DNA of 64,000 nucleotides. It comes from Azolla caroliniana. Lineage: Eukaryota; Plantae; Polypodiophyta. Under the pieces are notes generated by a model that worked only from the letters and a program-made list of their open reading frames with translations, made no database searches and had not been told where the DNA came from. Positions 63,655 through 64,000 of this stretch are shown here, piece by piece. Location: contig JBHGNT010000016.1 of the NCBI GenBank assembly GCA_043228905.1, positions 12,772,001 to 12,836,000 of the forward strand, given 5' to 3'. The position numbers were made by a program, and so were the translations under genes. Positions within the stretch are counted from its first letter, which is position 1; every line of letters starts with the position of its first letter.

Positions 63655-64000
63655 CTTTTTGTATGTACACGATTTTGGTGGTAAATCAGCGTGAGTGAGA
63701 TGGTTGATGTCGATTTATGAAGGACAATTCATTTTTTTTATAAGGATTAGTGATGGTGGTGTGGGGTTTGAAGCATAATCTCTTGAGAACAGTGAACTCA
63801 TTTATTGTTTGTATGTAGACGATTTTGGTGATAATCGGCGAGATGTTTGATGTGGACTTGATGAAGAAGAATGTATGTTTTTTATAAGGATGAGTGATGA
63901 GGGTGTGGGAGGTGAAGCAAATTCTCAAGAGGAGATGAGGAAACAAGACTCATTGTATTGTTGTATGTGCACGATTTTGGTGGTATTCAGCGAGATGATT
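63655..64000. repeat. Diverged tandem repeat of about 150 bp in an unclassified element running off the window
   Basis: TGTATGT(A/G)(C/G)ACGATTTTGGTG at about 63660, 63811 and 63962. Confidence 0.7.

Overview
This is eukaryotic heterochromatin, most likely from a non-seed land plant (inferred from the TE lineages and a plant-type tRNA), and I see no host protein-coding gene. The backbone is a tandem higher-order array of roughly 50 tRNA-Val-derived units with position-specific anticodons (AAC, CAC, TAC, TCC); one unit at 59242-59315 still folds as a complete tRNA-Val(CAC). The array flips orientation across a Penelope-like element carrying a degenerate hammerhead ribozyme, and both arms share the same copia insertion junction, which points to a large inverted duplication. 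Nested retroelements interrupt the array: a stack of L1 LINE > non-chromoviral gypsy > copia, a near-intact young copia, and two intact Tcn1/sushi-type chromoviruses. Both chromoviruses show self-priming PBSs, a G_UUA_AAC -1 frameshift signal and a tRNA-like A/B-box module in their LTRs. Coordinates and unit counts were read by eye and may be off by a few bases.
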